Source: Bigelowiella natans CCMP2755 (taxonomy: Eukaryota; Protista; Cercozoa). Taken from it: a stretch of 64,000 nt of DNA. The notes below the pieces were generated by a model. That model did not search any database. It saw only the letters and a list, made by a program, of their open reading frames with translations, and had not been told where the DNA came from. The DNA lies in assembly GCA_000320545.1 (NCBI GenBank), contig ADNK01000619.1:9067-73066 (forward strand), in the 5' to 3' direction. Positions 63,041 through 64,000 of this stretch are shown in pieces (the stretch's first letter is position 1; every line of letters starts with the position of its first letter). The position numbers and the translations under genes are program-made.

Positions 63041-63621
63041 AGAAGAAGAAGAACGGGACGATGATGATGCACGGGGAGAATACAAGGCGATTCTATATCA
63101 TATGATAATAAAGCGGGAGATGGTTACAAATGGTAGTAATACTAACGAAACTAATACACACACACACACACACATACTGCAGCAGCGTCGTATGATGACC
63201 TACCTTATCTGGGTTCTTGAAAGATATCTCGAAGACCACAGGACGTAGTGCTGACTCTCCCTCCTCATCCTTATTCTCTGTGGTCATCTTCTCATCAAAT
63301 TCCTTCACAGCCTTCTGAGCTGCCTGCCCGAGGCGAATGTGGCCCTTTTATTGGGTTAATTTCATGAGTAATCCTTTTCTGGAAGGCATAGTATATGTCT
63401 CCCATACAACTAGAAGATGTATTATTAACCTTATGCAGGGGGTTGAAGGACCCTGATAGTATCAAGGTGCCTGATGATCATAAAAATGATAATGATGATG
63501 ATTATAATGGATACTATGGAAACAACACAACAGAATTCATATACGACGACGGGGAAGCACTATACTAAATGCTGATAGCATCAACGTGCTTGAAGATCAA
63601 ACAACATGACGATAACAAAGG

Positions 63622-63654
<33 letters not shown>

Positions 63655-63894
63655 TATCATAAGTGTCGTCTTCTCCCCCTCTTCCTATATCAGTGTAGTA
63701 CGGCTGTGACGATATTTGATATATTATGTTGTACGATAGGTAGTCGTCATCATCCTCAGTGTTGTAGGTTAATCATGCTACTAATAGTAAAAGTATCACC
63801 CTTTGGTAGAGGTGAATCATGGGTATGGGAGAGAACAAGGCCTCCTCCTCCTCCCACTCCTTTACTATCTTCATCACTCGATGCGTAATACCTT

Positions 63895-63935
<41 letters not shown>

Positions 63936-64000
63936 GATGATGAATAAATACTTATACGACATTATGTGTGTGCTACTCTTCAGTATAAAGTTGTTGTGTA
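61419..64000 (-). CDS. HxGH nucleotidylyltransferase-superfamily protein (NMNAT/cytidylyltransferase-like), 5' end outside window
   Basis: ILSGSFNPLHK|GHIRL, FEISFKNPDK, SRVKQF, LFSEKAKLFPGCWFVVGADTAIR|IVDPKYYG, RFVVGAR, FIEIPESEFRLDISSTQIR, stop at 61419-61421. Confidence 0.88.

Noticed and set aside
1-64000. CRISPR array, rRNA/tRNA genes, telomeric arrays, intact transposase or reverse transcriptase
   Set aside because: None recognised by eye; a tRNAscan/Infernal/RepeatMasker run would be needed to exclude small or degenerate ones.

Overview
Gene-dense, very intron-rich eukaryotic nuclear DNA with a standard genetic code and GT-AG introns, many filled with microsatellites. The style resembles a protist or algal genome such as a chlorarachniophyte, but that assignment is inference. 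I can support about 17 protein-coding genes: an atypical cytochrome P450, a WxxH-P repeat propeller-like protein, a 6-repeat TPYG/LPYG protein, an intronless membrane-anchored purple acid phosphatase, WDR53, an MFS transporter, three orphan genes, purine nucleoside phosphorylase, a DEDDh exonuclease, a Sel1-repeat protein, eRF1, EMC10, an intronless fatty-acid elongase, an EGF membrane protein and a partial HxGH nucleotidyltransferase. The most striking signal is non-coding. Some intergenic tracts (best at 31111-32162 and 22461-22974) have lost almost all TpA dinucleotides, and nearly all survivors sit in TAG/CTA context. CpG stays abundant in the 31 kb tract, and intronic (TA)n arrays elsewhere are untouched. 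Three copies of a short dispersed repeat show TA, CA and TG at the same site. This points to a candidate both-strand, TpA-directed A-to-G hypermutation process acting on non-genic DNA, roughly the reverse of fungal RIP. Also notable is a PNP with a spliced C-terminal tail anchor. All exon models and counts were made by eye, with no database searches.
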